From positions 14,755,375 to 14,819,374 of the forward strand of contig OZ316897.1 of assembly GCA_973895155.1 (NCBI GenBank): a DNA stretch of 64,000 nt. Direction: 5' to 3'. Under the pieces are notes generated by a model. The model had not been told where the DNA came from. It ran no database searches and was given only the letters and a program-made list of their open reading frames with translations. The position numbers and the translations under genes were made by a program. This DNA comes from Marsupella aquatica (taxonomy: Eukaryota > Plantae > Marchantiophyta). The number at the start of each line of letters is the position of its first letter. The stretch's first letter is position 1. Positions 63,562-64,000 of this stretch are shown one piece after another.

Positions 63562-64000
63562 GTTTGTAAACTCGATTCCTGATTGGTGCCTCTCCTGGGC
63601 CCTTCTCCCAAACGCAAGCGTGCCATTTGAAGAATTCCAAAAGGAGGACATACGACTAGGGGCTTTCGAGGAATCTGGTGGACTTCTGTAATTGCCAACT
63701 AAGGAATTCCAAATGCTCTTATTGGAGGAAAATTGAATCTGCTGGATTTATAAAATATGGACGACGAAGGAATTCCAAATGCTCGTGTTGGACGAAAATT
63801 GATGTGCGGTGGAATAAAAGAATTGAACTTGATTGGAGGAGACTGTTGGTTAATAGAAGGAAAGCAAAGGGTGAAGGTGGTTTGCAGCAATCACGTCATT
63901 CGCCATCTAATTAATCTCTCATCCAAACTTCCGACCGAGTGCATTTTGTTGGGCTGGACGTTTGGGCCGTCACAGTATAAACGTGAGCACTGTGCGTTCA
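63562..64000 (+). promoter_or_regulatory. Diverged duplicate of the Kelch gene promoter region
   Basis: Collinear matches to 56001-56385 (ATTCCTGATTGG, AATTCCAAAAGGA, GCCAACTAAGGAATT, CACGTCATTCGC, GTTGGGCTGGACGTTTGGGC, GAGCACTGTG). Confidence 0.7.

Overview
Eukaryotic nuclear DNA, plant-like (GT-AG introns, plant Deg protease, plant-type TEs; a non-seed plant such as a bryophyte is plausible but is only an impression). There are two apparently intact genes: a 21-exon Deg2/Deg9-type serine protease (minus strand, 39350-46114) and an intronless Kelch-repeat protein with no F-box (57471-58637). The Kelch gene's promoter is duplicated at the window's right edge. The rest is a nested TE landscape. 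The main element is a decayed Ty3/gypsy chromovirus (12699-22342) whose LTRs end in 5'-AGT...ACT-3' instead of TG...CA. It has three further solo or partial LTRs and sits inside the Myb/trihelix ORF of what looks like a dismembered PIF/Harbinger transposon. Also present are five copies of a ~300-bp MITE (15-bp TIR, 8-bp TSD), copia-type solo LTRs, a nested TG...CA insertion with a 4-bp TSD, and several minisatellites. All calls were made by eye; no database searches were run.
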